NCBI RefSeq assembly: GCF_009914755.1
Contig: NC_060937.1
DNA: 64,000 bases
Direction: 5' to 3' (one strand)
Origin: the human T2T-CHM13v2.0 reference genome, Homo sapiens
A program made the translations under genes and the position numbers. Within the stretch, counting starts at the first letter, position 1. Every line of letters starts with the position of its first letter. Below the pieces are notes generated by a model that saw only the letters and a list, made by a program, of their open reading frames with translations, was not told the DNA's origin and did no database searches. This document shows positions 28,326 through 41,140 of this stretch, piece by piece.

Positions 28326-31300
28326 TGACAGCAATGTTTCTCCATGGGCGGGTGAGCAGGCACTGTGTGTCTTACAGCCATGATGAGCTTCAGGAGAGGC
28401 TGGTCCTTCCTGCTTCCATCAGAATCTATCAGGAGATAAACCAAACCAAAGCACCTGGAAGAGGTCATCCAGTCCACAGAAAAGGCATTTGAAGTTTCAA
28501 GTATTATGAAAACTGTCAACTTAAATCCTCCGGCTTATTGGCATGCCCACATTTCCATAATAAATTATGTGTTAATTACACACAGTACCAATATGTACAG
28601 TTGGAAAACTGGAGCTATTTTGAATGGTTCCTAATCCATTGATTATGTTGATTACAGTTTTGATGTTGTACTCTGGTTTGTTGTTATACTCTGCTGGGTC
28701 ACCTGTGACAGATGAATCTAACAGCTCTATGAACCAGATCATTGATAAACCAGAATCTCTCATTGTTCATCTCTTTGAACTAGAGAGGCTGAGATTGAAG
28801 ACCTTTACACTCATTTGAATGTTTTTTATTTTTTCCTTCATATTATCTTTGTCCAGTGCATAAGATTGAGCCATCAACAGTGACAAACTGTATCCTAGAA
28901 TCCCACAGTATTGGGTGTGGAGAGGAATGAGCTGACAGTCCTCTGGTACACACCTCCTCAGTTTACCAAGGAAGCTGTGCAGGCCCAGGTCTCCAAGCCC
29001 ACCCCAGAGACCCCACCCTGGAGTTGCCCACATCCAGCACTGCCCTTAAACCCCAAGAGGCTGCTGGGCCCTGTACTTTAAGGACCTCTGCTCTGGCCTT
29101 CTGTGGCTGGGTGTGTTCCTCGGCACGGAGTGAAAAGCTATGATGCACAGAGTCCATCTTCCCACTTGTAATCTATTCTCTGGGCTCCCAGGACCCCTTG
29201 TTTCCTTCCCAAACAGCCAAAAGCCTCCTGCCCAGGCCTGCCTGGTCCTCTCTCCATATCTAGGCCAGTGTGCACACTGGGCCAAAGGGGCAGCTGTTTT
29301 CAAGGGTGTGCACTGAGTAGATGATGTTTGCACCGATGTTCCCGCCCACATTTGCAGGATGCTTGTGCAGGGGCACAGAACCCAGGGTGGGATGGGAACT
29401 GTGGGTCAGGCTTTCATTGGTGTTCCTGCCCCAGGATACATACTTTAGGGCCAGGCCTGTTCATGGCACACCTGGCTGCTATCTCTGCTTTACTTACTCT
29501 GTAGAAATGAGCAAAACCTCCTGGGTCTATCCAAGTCTGGACCATGTCTAGCAGCTGTTTCTCGTGAGATAGCCCAGGGTAGCATTACTTGCCATTTCAC
29601 CTGGTAGCTCTGTCAGCTAATAGCCCAGGTCGTCTGAGACCTCCACTGAGTGTGGGTGCTGAGCAGGACGGACCTGTCCTATAGGAGTGGGCTTGCATGT
29701 CCTCTAGTGCATCTTTGCTTTCTGTGAGGAAAGAGGACAAACATATAACATGCTTTTCAGTTTTTTTCCAAATCCAGACAGTAGAGGAAATTAGAGGGCG
29801 TTCAGTGAACCCAGAAGATTGTTGTGTAGCAAAATGAGCATTTTCCAACAAAGATATTTTGTGTTTAAATAAATCAGTTCTATTTTAAAGCAATGTGATT
29901 GATCCCCACAAAAAGCAAACCAAGAAAAGTATCCACTACAAGACAACGATCCATTGGTAAGGCATTGGTGCTTAGAATATCTGCTTTGTGTTCTCTTCCT
30001 TCTGGTTCAGGATGGATCTGCTGTGATGAATATTTCATTTGGGGAATTTTGTGGTGATGGACAATAGATGGGGCCTCAGCCAATGGCCATAGACAGTGTT
30101 CTAAATTAGAGAGTGACAGCTGACAGGACGGGGTCGCTTGGCATGTGACTGACAGACAAAGCCCATTCCTTTGAAAGCTCCTCCTGAGTCCTAAACAGAG
30201 AGCTGTGCCAGGGAACCACATGTACTTCAGTAACTCCAAATGTGCGTGAATTAGGCTGCTTGCCAACTCTCACTCCCATCGAGATACCGACTTTCCAACT
30301 GCAGAAGGACCAGGCTGATCATGCAGCTACTAAGGTGCCGACATTTTCACTGTACCAGTCACATAAGCATGATGGTCTGTATGGTTATAAGGCTCAGATT
30401 AATGGTGACATTCACATGTTTAAGGACTCTTCCAGCAGAACTTTAGTGAGTTGTTTCTACCATCCGAAAGCAAAGAAGTGATCATATTCAACCACATTGC
30501 ATTTTTCTGTAAAAGCTTATTTTTCTTTAAAACATGTCATTTTAATCACTTTATTGGTTGGTTCCCATGAAGCAGATGATAATGATGTGAAATAGATGAT
30601 AGCTGGGTGAAACCGAGGTTTTCATTAAGCAGTACATGAGAGGATTAATGTGGTTCTCTAGTGGCCGGACTTCCGAGTAGGTACTCTGCTGTCTGAGTCT
30701 AAAGAACTGTGTATCATCTCTAGCCTTCCTCCAGGGCAGGGGGCTCCTGAGTGGGTAAAGGGGGCCAGGAAATGTGTAACTTTAGTGTCACAGCCAACTT
30801 TTACACTGTTTCACCTGCAGTCTGCCACTCTGTATTTTGACTCAGTGCTTTGTTCATTCTTTGAAAAATGGCAGGGAAGTATTACAAAACATTTTTTTAA
30901 ACACCTTTGAAGGATTGCTTGGGTGGATAGTGGCTTACACTAGCCTGAAGTCTCAGAAAGCCTTCCTCCTGGCTCAGGAGGACTTATATGCTGTCATAAA
31001 AAAGAGGAACTGGGTTCAGGTGTAGTCAGTAAAAGGAATTGGCTCTTTTGGGGAATTACTAAAAACATGCCCACGCCCTGTTCATTCCTGGGGGTCTAGG
31101 TTGGTAACTGCTTAGGAGTAAAGGGTATTCTAGGAAAAGGCCACTTTTTAAAATGACTGTTTGAAGAATGCTTCTAGTGATTTTTATAAACCACTTTTTG
31201 TAGTTCACTAAACAGTAGGTTTTTGGCAAGTGAACCTGGTTATGTGAAGTTCTAGAATTAAACTAGTGCCTAATAGCAAACAGCATTTCTCACTCAGAAG

Positions 31301-32084
31301 CCAGAAAGAGATTTGACACACAAAACATTCTGTCTATTCATAACATCTTCAGCCATTGAAAAGATGCATTGTTTCTGCTGGGGGTTTCCTAAACTAATTT
31401 GATTAAATATTTCTTTGTCTTGTCCATTATATTTGGAGTTTTTCTCACGGAGAAGAATATGGGTTTTCCCTTGAGGGCAAAGGAAAGGAAGGGCTATAGA
31501 ATTGAATTATTCTACACTATCAAAGAGTCTTTATCTTCCCTAAATCACCTCATGACATGGTATGTGAAACCCAGCCAGACAACATGTCAGGAAGTCCCAG
31601 TGGAAGTTTCTGAAATCAAAGAAGTCATCTGCATCCTTCCCCTCCTGAAAATACGCCACATTTGTGGGATTTTAAGGGGCATCCTGTTTTTCCGTTTTTC
31701 TCTTTTGAAGCTTGGATTTATAGTAATAAAAACTTAGGTTGTGTCTATCCTGGGGAATGCCAGTCCTCGGCTATGGAAAATACATGATGATGTTTTTTTT
31801 CCGTGGGGGACCAGGTGTTTTTCTTTTCCCCAGTAGAATAACCATGAGATAAAATGGGTCCCCAAAGCAAATACTTGAAAATGGAAAATGACAAAATCCC
31901 TTAGGTCACCACCTTCCCCAAAGTTGCCTGCTGAAGTAGAACTTTGCATTGGAAAGATGATGGAAACTTGATCCTAGACCAGGTCAGGAAATGTGTTTCT
32001 GTTTTCTTCATGCATTTCCCAGCACTTCTGACTTTAGTAGTGCTGGAGGGAATGCCATCTTACTTGACCTCTGTTCAAAAGTCC

Positions 32085-32255
32085 GGAGACCTGGCTCTGT
32101 TCATGCCCCAGCTATGATAGTTACGTAACCATTGGCAAATCATTTTACTTGCATTAATCTCCTAATCAGCAAAGTCAGAATAATGCCACCCAACCTAATT
32201 ACTTTAGAGAATTGTGATGAAGATATAATAGGCTAACCTGTGGGAAATCTAAAAC
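32085..32255 (+). mobile_element. MIR fragment
   Basis: ggagacctggctctg..cccagct..ttggcaaatcattt..agaattgtgatgaagat. Confidence 0.55.
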
Positions 32256-32399
32256 ATGGATGCTCTTCTTTTTCCTGGAGTGATGAATTGTTTTTGAACC
32301 TTCATCAATAAGAATATTGCTGTGATTTGAACTCCAAATTCTTTTAGCCAAAGAATTTGAACATTTTATAGGTTCTAAATGGGATGTTTTTGAGTAAGG

Positions 32400-32650
32400 T
32401 CTATTGACCACCTGCATCCAAATCATCTGGGTTGCTTGTCAAAATGACAACCCCCACCCCCCAAAAATATGTGCAGGCAATCACGTACACACACAGAGAC
32501 ACACAATGCACACACACAGAGAGACACACACACAGACACACATATACACAGACACACATAGTGAATTGCAAACTCTGGGTGTGGAGCCCCAGCATGTGAG
32601 CTTCAGTAAATCTCCAGGTGATTCTTCCCTTTAAAGTGTGAGAACCACTG
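32400..32650 (+). mobile_element. MER5-type DNA element containing a CA/CAGA-rich microsatellite (about 32487-32560)
   Basis: cacctgcatccaaatcatctgggttgcttg..ctccaggtgattct..aaagtgtgagaaccactg. Confidence 0.65.
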
Positions 32651-34697
32651 CTTTAAAACACCTAAAATATGACTCTATTAGAATGTTTTAGCTCCTGCTG
32701 GGTGTTACAGGAGAAGATGGTACACTGAAGATACAGCTGAGTGATTGCTCATGTTAAGTGGTTACGTAGGATGCCAGCTGGTGACGGTGACCACCGTAAG
32801 GGCAGCTAGCTTTCAAAGTAGGGAATTACACCACGAGACATGAAATCGTTAACCATGGAAAAATTCTCCTCACTAACTTTTGCTGCTTTTCCTTTAAAGT
32901 TCTTTTCATTGCTAGCAAGAGAGGGGAGAAAACCTTTTGACTTCAAAGCATACAATCTGCAACTCTGCCTGCAGTGACAAGCTCCTGACTCCAGCCAGTT
33001 TCTGGACTGGGACAGGCTTTTTTTTTTTTTTTTTCATTCTAAATACAGGAATGGGTTTACTCTTGAGTTTTATGTACACACTTGTGTACACACAATGCAA
33101 ATCCCAGTGGACTGTAAGTAAACAGAGGGAGGAATGGTTCTGTCATCAGTGAATCAGTGATTAATTCCTCATCTTCTCCAATTGTCTCCCCTGGATTTGT
33201 AGCAGGCCTAGGTATGTTCCATGTGAAATTTGCAAAGACTGATGTTTGTTTACCAGTTGTATGTGCTCTAGGAGGTAAGCTGAGAAGTTGGGGTGATGTC
33301 AAGTAGGTGGCCATCTTTGCTCAGCTACCATTCCAGGATGTCTGTGGAGGATGGGAGCTTAACGGTAGGAATCCACCCGAGGGTCAGGAGAGGACTTGTT
33401 TTCAGGTTAAGGTCTGTGTGGGGCATGTTTGGTTGTCCCACATCCATCCTCCTTCACCCTTTCCTAAGGGTGCCTAGTGTGTATTCACTGATGTGCTGTG
33501 ACTTCCACCCCTAAGTCCAGGTGAAAGCTTCATCCCATCCCCCCTGCCACAGTGAGCGGGTCAGGAAGCCTGAAGGAGACACAGGGAGACACTTGCTGGG
33601 GGCTTCCAGGATAGCAGCGAGTTTGCTCCTAAAACAAATCCATGAAAGAGCTGGCTTTCCCATCTGAACCATGTGGGTGCTGCTGTGATGCTGGGAATGG
33701 GTCAGCCACAGGAGGAAAACCACCCTCAGAATCCTACTATAGCCTGAAAGATAGACTAGGAAGACAAAAAGACAAACAAAAACAAAAGTGTCTTTTTTTT
33801 ATTGTTTTATTACTTTTTATTTGACAAGTAAAGGACTCCAAAAGTCTCTATGCAATTGTTGAGACACTGTATGAAGCCAGCCTCGAAGCCCATCCCAGGT
33901 GGGGCGCTCAGTGAGAATTTCCTGTGTGCTGCCCGGCCTTGTGGGTAGCCCCGGCCAAGGAATCCTCTCTTCACCCAAGTGCGGGTGTTGGGATGTTCCC
34001 TTAGCTTCCTCAGCCAAGGAAATAAACGCTTGTTAAAAACAAGCTTAGGACTTTAGCATATTTAAACTGTTTTATTATACTCAAAGTTACAGATTGGTTT
34101 AAGGAGCTGGTAAAAATTACTTTAGCACTGCAATTATTAGTTTTTTAGATAACATTCCAGAAAACACTGAATGAGCATATCTTAAGGTTACTGGAATTAA
34201 TCTTTAATGCAATATTGAATAGACTCGGTCCAGTTTTCCTCAAGTATCGTATTTTAGAAACCCGTGGCATGGCTGGTGAGGAGCGGTCAGCCTCGTCAAG
34301 GAGGAAGTCCTATCAGCAGAGATTCACCTTTCGGTTTGGAATAACATCGTGACATCTTTTTGTACAGTTTTCTTGAGTATTGAAATTGGCCCAATTATTC
34401 ATTGAAGTCCAATTCACATTCTGGCTTTTCAACTCGTACATTTTGTGGAATAGTGAGACTCATTTGCAAGAAGTAACACACTGTGTTTCTGGATGACATT
34501 CTCATCTGAATGCAAAGCACAATGAGCGAAGTTAAGACAGTACCGACTTCCTGGCTTCTGCTGCACCTGTGACTGTTGTCGCCTGCACCCCAGGGTCCCC
34601 CATCCGTGTGCATTTCCTTCCTAGAAGGCTCCCAACACCAGTCCCTTTCTGAGGCAATCCCTAGAACCAAAAACAAAACTATAGCAACAACAACAAA

Positions 34698-35117
<420 letters not shown>

Positions 35118-35548
35118 TCATGGTTACACATAATGCCAACTTGTTTTTGTTTTTCTCCTCCTGCTTAAAAACAAAGGAGAAAGTTTTTTAAGTTGGAAGC
35201 TCCTTAAAGTGGTTTCAGATTCTTTCTACAGGCGGTGATGGGAACAGAACTCCCGTTATCCTAATTGCCTCTGGATTCTCTGGAATCCTCCTGGATTAAA
35301 GTGACCCGAATCCGATTTCTTTCTTATTTAGTGCAAATTGTAACTGTGAAAGTAGGATTTGAACTAAATTAAGCTAATGCCTAAGACATTTATGAAGCTA
35401 ATTCTATTGTCTGTAATATCCATACTTGCGTTATTTCTGAGCTTGTTTTTCAGGTATATGAAGGAGATAATATCTATCTTAGGATTTAATAGGGAAATTA
35501 AGGAAAATAAGACATGTCAGTAACAGTAGGTAATGTTTATTGAACAAT

Positions 35549-36369
35549 TGAGATGAGAAAAGTTCTCTTGTCCCCCTGGCAGGGCGTGTGAGAGGGGAGT
35601 GGCTCGCTTCTTCAGCGCCCCGCTGCTCAGACCTCTAGGGGAGCATACAGATGGGCAGGCTGTGGGGTTCTGACCCCACGGTAGTGTCTAGGGGTGAATG
35701 TTTACAGCTCCTGAACCCCAGTGGGCATGTGTTACAGGGTACTCTTTCAGTTTAGCTGTCCGTAGGCAGCTTGTGTAAACCAGCTCAGTTAGACCCTCTA
35801 CTTTGTCACAAGGACAGAGGGCTTTGTGTATCCCAGGTTCTTGCCTTGGTTTACCGGAAGAATCAGATCACACGTGGGCTTGGAGAATGAGTGCAAGGTG
35901 TTATTGAGTGGAAGTATCTCTCAGCAGATGGGGGAGCCAGAAGGGAGATGACTTTTCCCTGGAGTTGAGCCACTTGACAGCCCGGCTGTCCTCCAATTGT
36001 TCTGGCCAAACTCTGTGTCATTCTGGCGATAGGTGGCCTGACGGCGCGCGGGTGCCTGTCCGTGCATTCCTCTAGACATCTGGCTTTCCAGTGTTCCTCT
36101 GCTGATGTGTTTCTCTCAACGTCCAGCCACCTCTGTGTCTGCTGGCTAGGGTCTCGATTTTTGTATAGGCACAGGATAGGGGCGTGGCAGGTCAGGGTGG
36201 TTTTGGGAAATGCAACATTTGGGCAGGAAAATAAAAATGCCTGTCCTCACCTAGGTCCCTGGACACAGGCCTGGGGGTGGAGCCCTAGCCAGGGACCATG
36301 CCCTTCCCCCATTCTGTATCATTTAAAGGGACCACTCCCTTCCCTTCCCAGCACTTCCCTTCCATATCA
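35549..36369 (-). mobile_element. ERV1 solo LTR (LTR1 family, HUERS-P2-type), 821 bp
   Basis: TG..CA ends with 4-bp TSD CAAT (35545-35548, 36370-36373); 'tgggaaatgcaacatttgggcaggaaa..ctgtcctcacctaggtcc'. Confidence 0.85.
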
Positions 36370-36473
36370 CAATTACTACATATCAGACAAAACATATTCA
36401 TGAAAATATGTTTAATATATGCAGTTACATGTGTAATGAAGTAAGCATTGGCTCATTCAGTAATCTGCAACCA

Positions 36474-36590
36474 CATGAGGAAACTGAGGCTTAGAGAGAA
36501 AGGATCAGTCTCTTGACCAGGCAGGGAGTAGAGTGGCTGGGATTCTTCTGGAGTCGGTTGGACTCCAAGCTGGGTCTTCTCACTTTGTGA
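36474..36590 (-). mobile_element. MIR fragment
   Basis: atgaggaaactgaggcttagagag..gactccaag. Confidence 0.6.
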
Positions 36591-38591
36591 CTATGGAAAG
36601 CAGCTACAGTGATGATGAACCAGGTGTTTGAGAAATGTTGCTCAATTCTCCTTAACGTTTTGCTTTTAATAAATTTTATCTGAAGTGACTTACCCCGCAA
36701 TGCAATAGAATTTTTAAAATATGAATGTTGAGTTAGAAGGAATAAGCAGACTTTGTGTTTGAGCTGCAATCTTCTGTCCACGAGCCCAATCTTTTTTAAA
36801 GTAAAGCAGGTTTCAAACAACAGGATTTATTTTTTACGTTCATTATAGAAAGCCCTCATTTTTTTAGTCCTTGTCCTCCCTTCCCCCGTATACAATTTCC
36901 TCCATTTTGGCAGTTTATTTTCTTTTTGGCCTCTCATTTCAAGGATGCTGTGTGTTAATTAGAGGCCCCGCGGCTTTGATTGAGTGGTTTTTTTTTTTCT
37001 TCAGAGGTTTTGTTGTGGTGTTGGCATTTGTCATTCATTCTGATGTTAATTTTTAAAATATCTGTCAGCAAATTAAAGTACACATTACATGCTGATTTTG
37101 TTTGTTTGTAATATTTATGCTCAGTGGTCACAGTGTACGTCTGATGTGGTTTTGAACTTTTCCTTTCTTGAAACATGTGGAAATGTGTATGTGGGCCACT
37201 CTTATTAAGAGTCTGCACAGGGGTTTTCTTCTCCAACATCTTCAGAGGGAGGTGGCCTTGTCTGATGACTGGAGGTTATCATCATCACAGTTCCCCCACC
37301 CAGAGATGGCAGGGATCTTCAGGTTTATCCAATTTAAAAGGTATAAAAGTGCCAGAGAAAGGCCACCAAGTCCGGTTATGCAAGAAAACATGACCACGGT
37401 AGGTTAGAGAAGAGAGAAAAGAGAAGCATAGCATGCTATTAGGCATGTACCAAGAAGTTTCTGTTTCATATAAATGATGATGCAAAAGCTATTGTGGACA
37501 GTATCTGAGAGGCCCAAAATACTGAACAGACTTAAAAGTAGGGGATATTTTCAGTGACTATTGCTTACATCATCATTGTAACATATCGAAGCATCCACTG
37601 AGTAAATTGGATGCTTTCTGAACTTTGATTAGCCAGCTGTCATAAGTGTTGGCATTCCTTTGGCTAAAGACAAGAAAGAGAAATCTAGGTCGCTTGTGTC
37701 TGTGCTTGTATGTATACTTCGATTCGCAATACTTTTTTAGTGACTGAAACCTGATTTCAATGCAGGATGGAAACTGAAAGACAGGCATATTTAAATGTGC
37801 AGAGTGCTTTCTACTGTGCTCTGAAGACAAACCCTATCCACTTTGCTCAGCAGGAGCAAAGACATCTCTCATGCAGGGTACAGTGACATCTTGCCATCTT
37901 CCGCCTGCCCTGCGTCCATTCCCCTCACCCCCCCGCCCTCTTTCGGAATGCGCATTCAAATGGTGCTGCTTCTGCCTCTTTGCCACCTCTAGGGTCTGGA
38001 TCTGTGACCCAAACTGGTCAGCCGGGTCCTCTGCCTCACTGACCATGGCAGTTGATTCAGGAATGCACATGGTGCCCCAGGCTGGAGTATCACCTAGAGA
38101 CAGTTCAAGGATTTTTTACAGAAACTAATTGGGGGATGGAGCTCTTTTGCTGCTGGGTCTCTTATAGGAGGACGGTGTCAGCCTGGAGCGGCTAGGACAC
38201 CCTGCAGAAGGTGGCTGGCTGAGGATGAATTGAGCACAGAGGAAGGGTGCACTGAGAGCCATCAGCATTGAGCACACCCCTGGATCCAGCTCTGCCTGAA
38301 GCTAGAGCCATCTCTGACCTGTTAGATATTGTCGTTCTATAGCAGAAACACAGTTGGTTCCATTTTCCTACCATGCATCTACCAAGTTGGAGTAGGAAGG
38401 GACTTTGTCTACTTTTTATAGACTTCAGTATGTCCTTCCCCCAGCTTCTTTACCCAAGGAAAAGAAGACAGCGTTGGGTAGAAGCGAATTGTTTGAAATA
38501 GAGAGGGAAGGAAATAGGAGCTTTTCTAAGCGAGGCCTCTTTCTCTTGGCAGCCAACAATTCTAACTGGCTTAGAGTCCAATAGTCCTGAG

Positions 38592-38907
38592 CAGTGCTGT
38601 CCAATAGAAATATAATGGGAGACTTATGTATAATTTTACATTTTCTAGTGGCCCTATTAAAAGACCAAAAAGAAATTCATTTTATTGATATATTTTATTT
38701 AGCTCAATATTTCCAAAATATTATCACTTTGAGATGTAGCCAACATAAAAAGAAGTTAGTGAAATAGTTTGTGTTCCTTTTTTTTTTTGTACTAAATCTC
38801 TGAAGTCCAGTGTGTGTGTTGTAACTACCGCACATCTTAAGCCAGGCTAGACGTATTTCAAGTACTCAGTAGCATCTGGCCAGTGGCTGCTGTGTTGGAC
38901 AGCACAG
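38592..38907 (+). mobile_element. MER33 (hAT-Charlie), full length
   Basis: Terminal inverted repeats CAGTGCTGTCCAA/TTGGACAGCACAG. Confidence 0.85.
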
Positions 38908-39407
38908 CTCTTGACCAACGCAGATCTGGAAATGCAGATTCACTCCCCAACGCTAAATTTAGTGCAGGCAAGATCAAGAGGTAGGAAACTCAGCCTCAGC
39001 CCAGATCCTCCAGGTTCCTCCCACACACTTGGGGTGTGCACTGCCTGACTTCTATTTTAGTCACTCATCATTGAAAGGGTTTTGGCTCTTAGGCAAGACT
39101 TTCCCTAAAAATAAAACTTGGGGACAACTGAGCTCTTAATCTATGGGCTTATTAATTGCTTTAAGTGGAGTTTATAAATCAAGATTTATAAAGTGTGGAT
39201 CTGACTCAAGTCATTTTTCCACAATGTTGGCTAATCATTTTCTCCTGAATGTTGGAAGGAAGAGGTCACGACTTGGGTCATACTTGTGTCACACTGCAAC
39301 CAGCTGAGCAAAAAGAATCCGTGCCACTGAAAATAGGTTAGGTCTGTTCCTTCTAAATGGTTCCTTTATTATGTAAGTGACAATTTCTAAGCAAGATTAT
39401 TATTTAA

Positions 39408-39803
<396 letters not shown>

Positions 39804-39829
39804 TTTACCCCATAAGTATCTCTTAAATA

Positions 39830-40330
39830 TATCTGTTTCCACCCAGTTTCATCCCATCCAGTTAGTTTGCGCAGCATCATTTCTTGCGTGGACAATTGCA
39901 GTAGTCTCATGACTAGTTCTTAGCATCTGATCTGCCTGGACCCATTCCTCTACCGGAGCCAGAGTGATCTTGCCAAATGTAAGTCTGATGTCATTGTTCC
40001 CTGGCTTCCTGTTGCCCTCAGGATAAAGCCTGGGGACATTTACCTGGCCCCTGAGGCCCTGCGAGGCTTACCACTGCTCCCTTTATGCTCTCCCTCACCT
40101 CATCCACACTGGTGGCTTCCCACTTCCTGGTGTGAGGAGCGAGCTCCTACAGGGCGTTTGTGCCTGCTCCTCTCACTTCCTGACTGCACTGGTCTCCGCC
40201 TCCTACCAAGTTAATGCTTACACGATGTTTAGATCTCAGATGCTTGATCACTTCCCAAGGGAAGCCTTTCCTCACATCCTGGACCTACGTGCTCCTATTG
40301 TATGTTCTCTTAACACAGTTTACCTTTCGC
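39830..40330 (+). mobile_element. L2 fragment; 3' tail resumes at about 41145-41285
   Basis: ggacaattgcagtagtctc..gccagagtgatct..cacttcccaagggaagcctttcct. Confidence 0.65.
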
Positions 40331-40374
40331 TTGTTGTATAATACTCACCACAACTAAAACTCTACATACTAATG

Positions 40375-41140
40375 TATGAGGTGTCATCTCACACCCATTG
40401 GGATGGCCACTCTTAGAAACACAAGAACAGAAAACAGAAAATAAGTAGTTGGTGAGGATGTGGAGAGATCGAAACGCTTGTGACCTGTCAATGGAAGTGC
40501 AAAATGGTGCAGCTAATATGGAAAACAGCACGGAGGTGGCTCAAGAAATTAAAAATAGAACTACCATATAATTTGGTTACCCCACTTCTGGGTATATACC
40601 CAAAAGGATTGAAAACAGGGCCTCAAAAAGATAATTGCACACTCATATTTATAACAGCGTTATTCAAAACAGGAGGTAGACACACAATTCAAATGCCCGT
40701 TAGAAGATACATGGATGAACAAAATACAATATATACACACAATGGGATGTTATTCAACCTCACAAAAGAAGGAAATCCTGTCACCATTCTACAACATGGT
40801 TAAAGTTGAGGACATTATGTAAAGTGAAATATTCTAACATGGTTAATTAAGAATTGAGGACATTATGCAAAGTGAATAAGCCAGTCACAAAAGGCAAATA
40901 CTCTATGGTTCTGCTTGTATATAGTGAGTACTCGTAGAGACAGGAAGTGCCATGGCAGTTGCCGGGGCTGGGGGAGGGGAAATGAAGAGCTGCTGTTTAA
41001 TAGACAGAGTTGCAGTTTTGCCACATGAAAACGTTTTAGAGAGCCGTTGCACAACAGTGTGACTTCGGTTAACCATACTGAACTTTCCTTAAAATGGCTA
41101 AGATAGTAAATCTTAAGTTTTTATCACAATTTTAAAAATG
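40375..41140 (+). mobile_element. L1MB 3' end inserted in L2
   Basis: ctcaagaaattaaaaatagaactaccatat..cttctgggtatatacccaaaagg..ttaaaatggctaagatagtaaat..tttatcacaatttt. Confidence 0.85.

Noticed and set aside
33072-33092. Short inverted repeat TGTACACA-CT-TGTGTACA, and CTGGGTT-C-AACCCAG at 54420-54434
   Set aside because: Arms of 7-8 bp are expected by chance.
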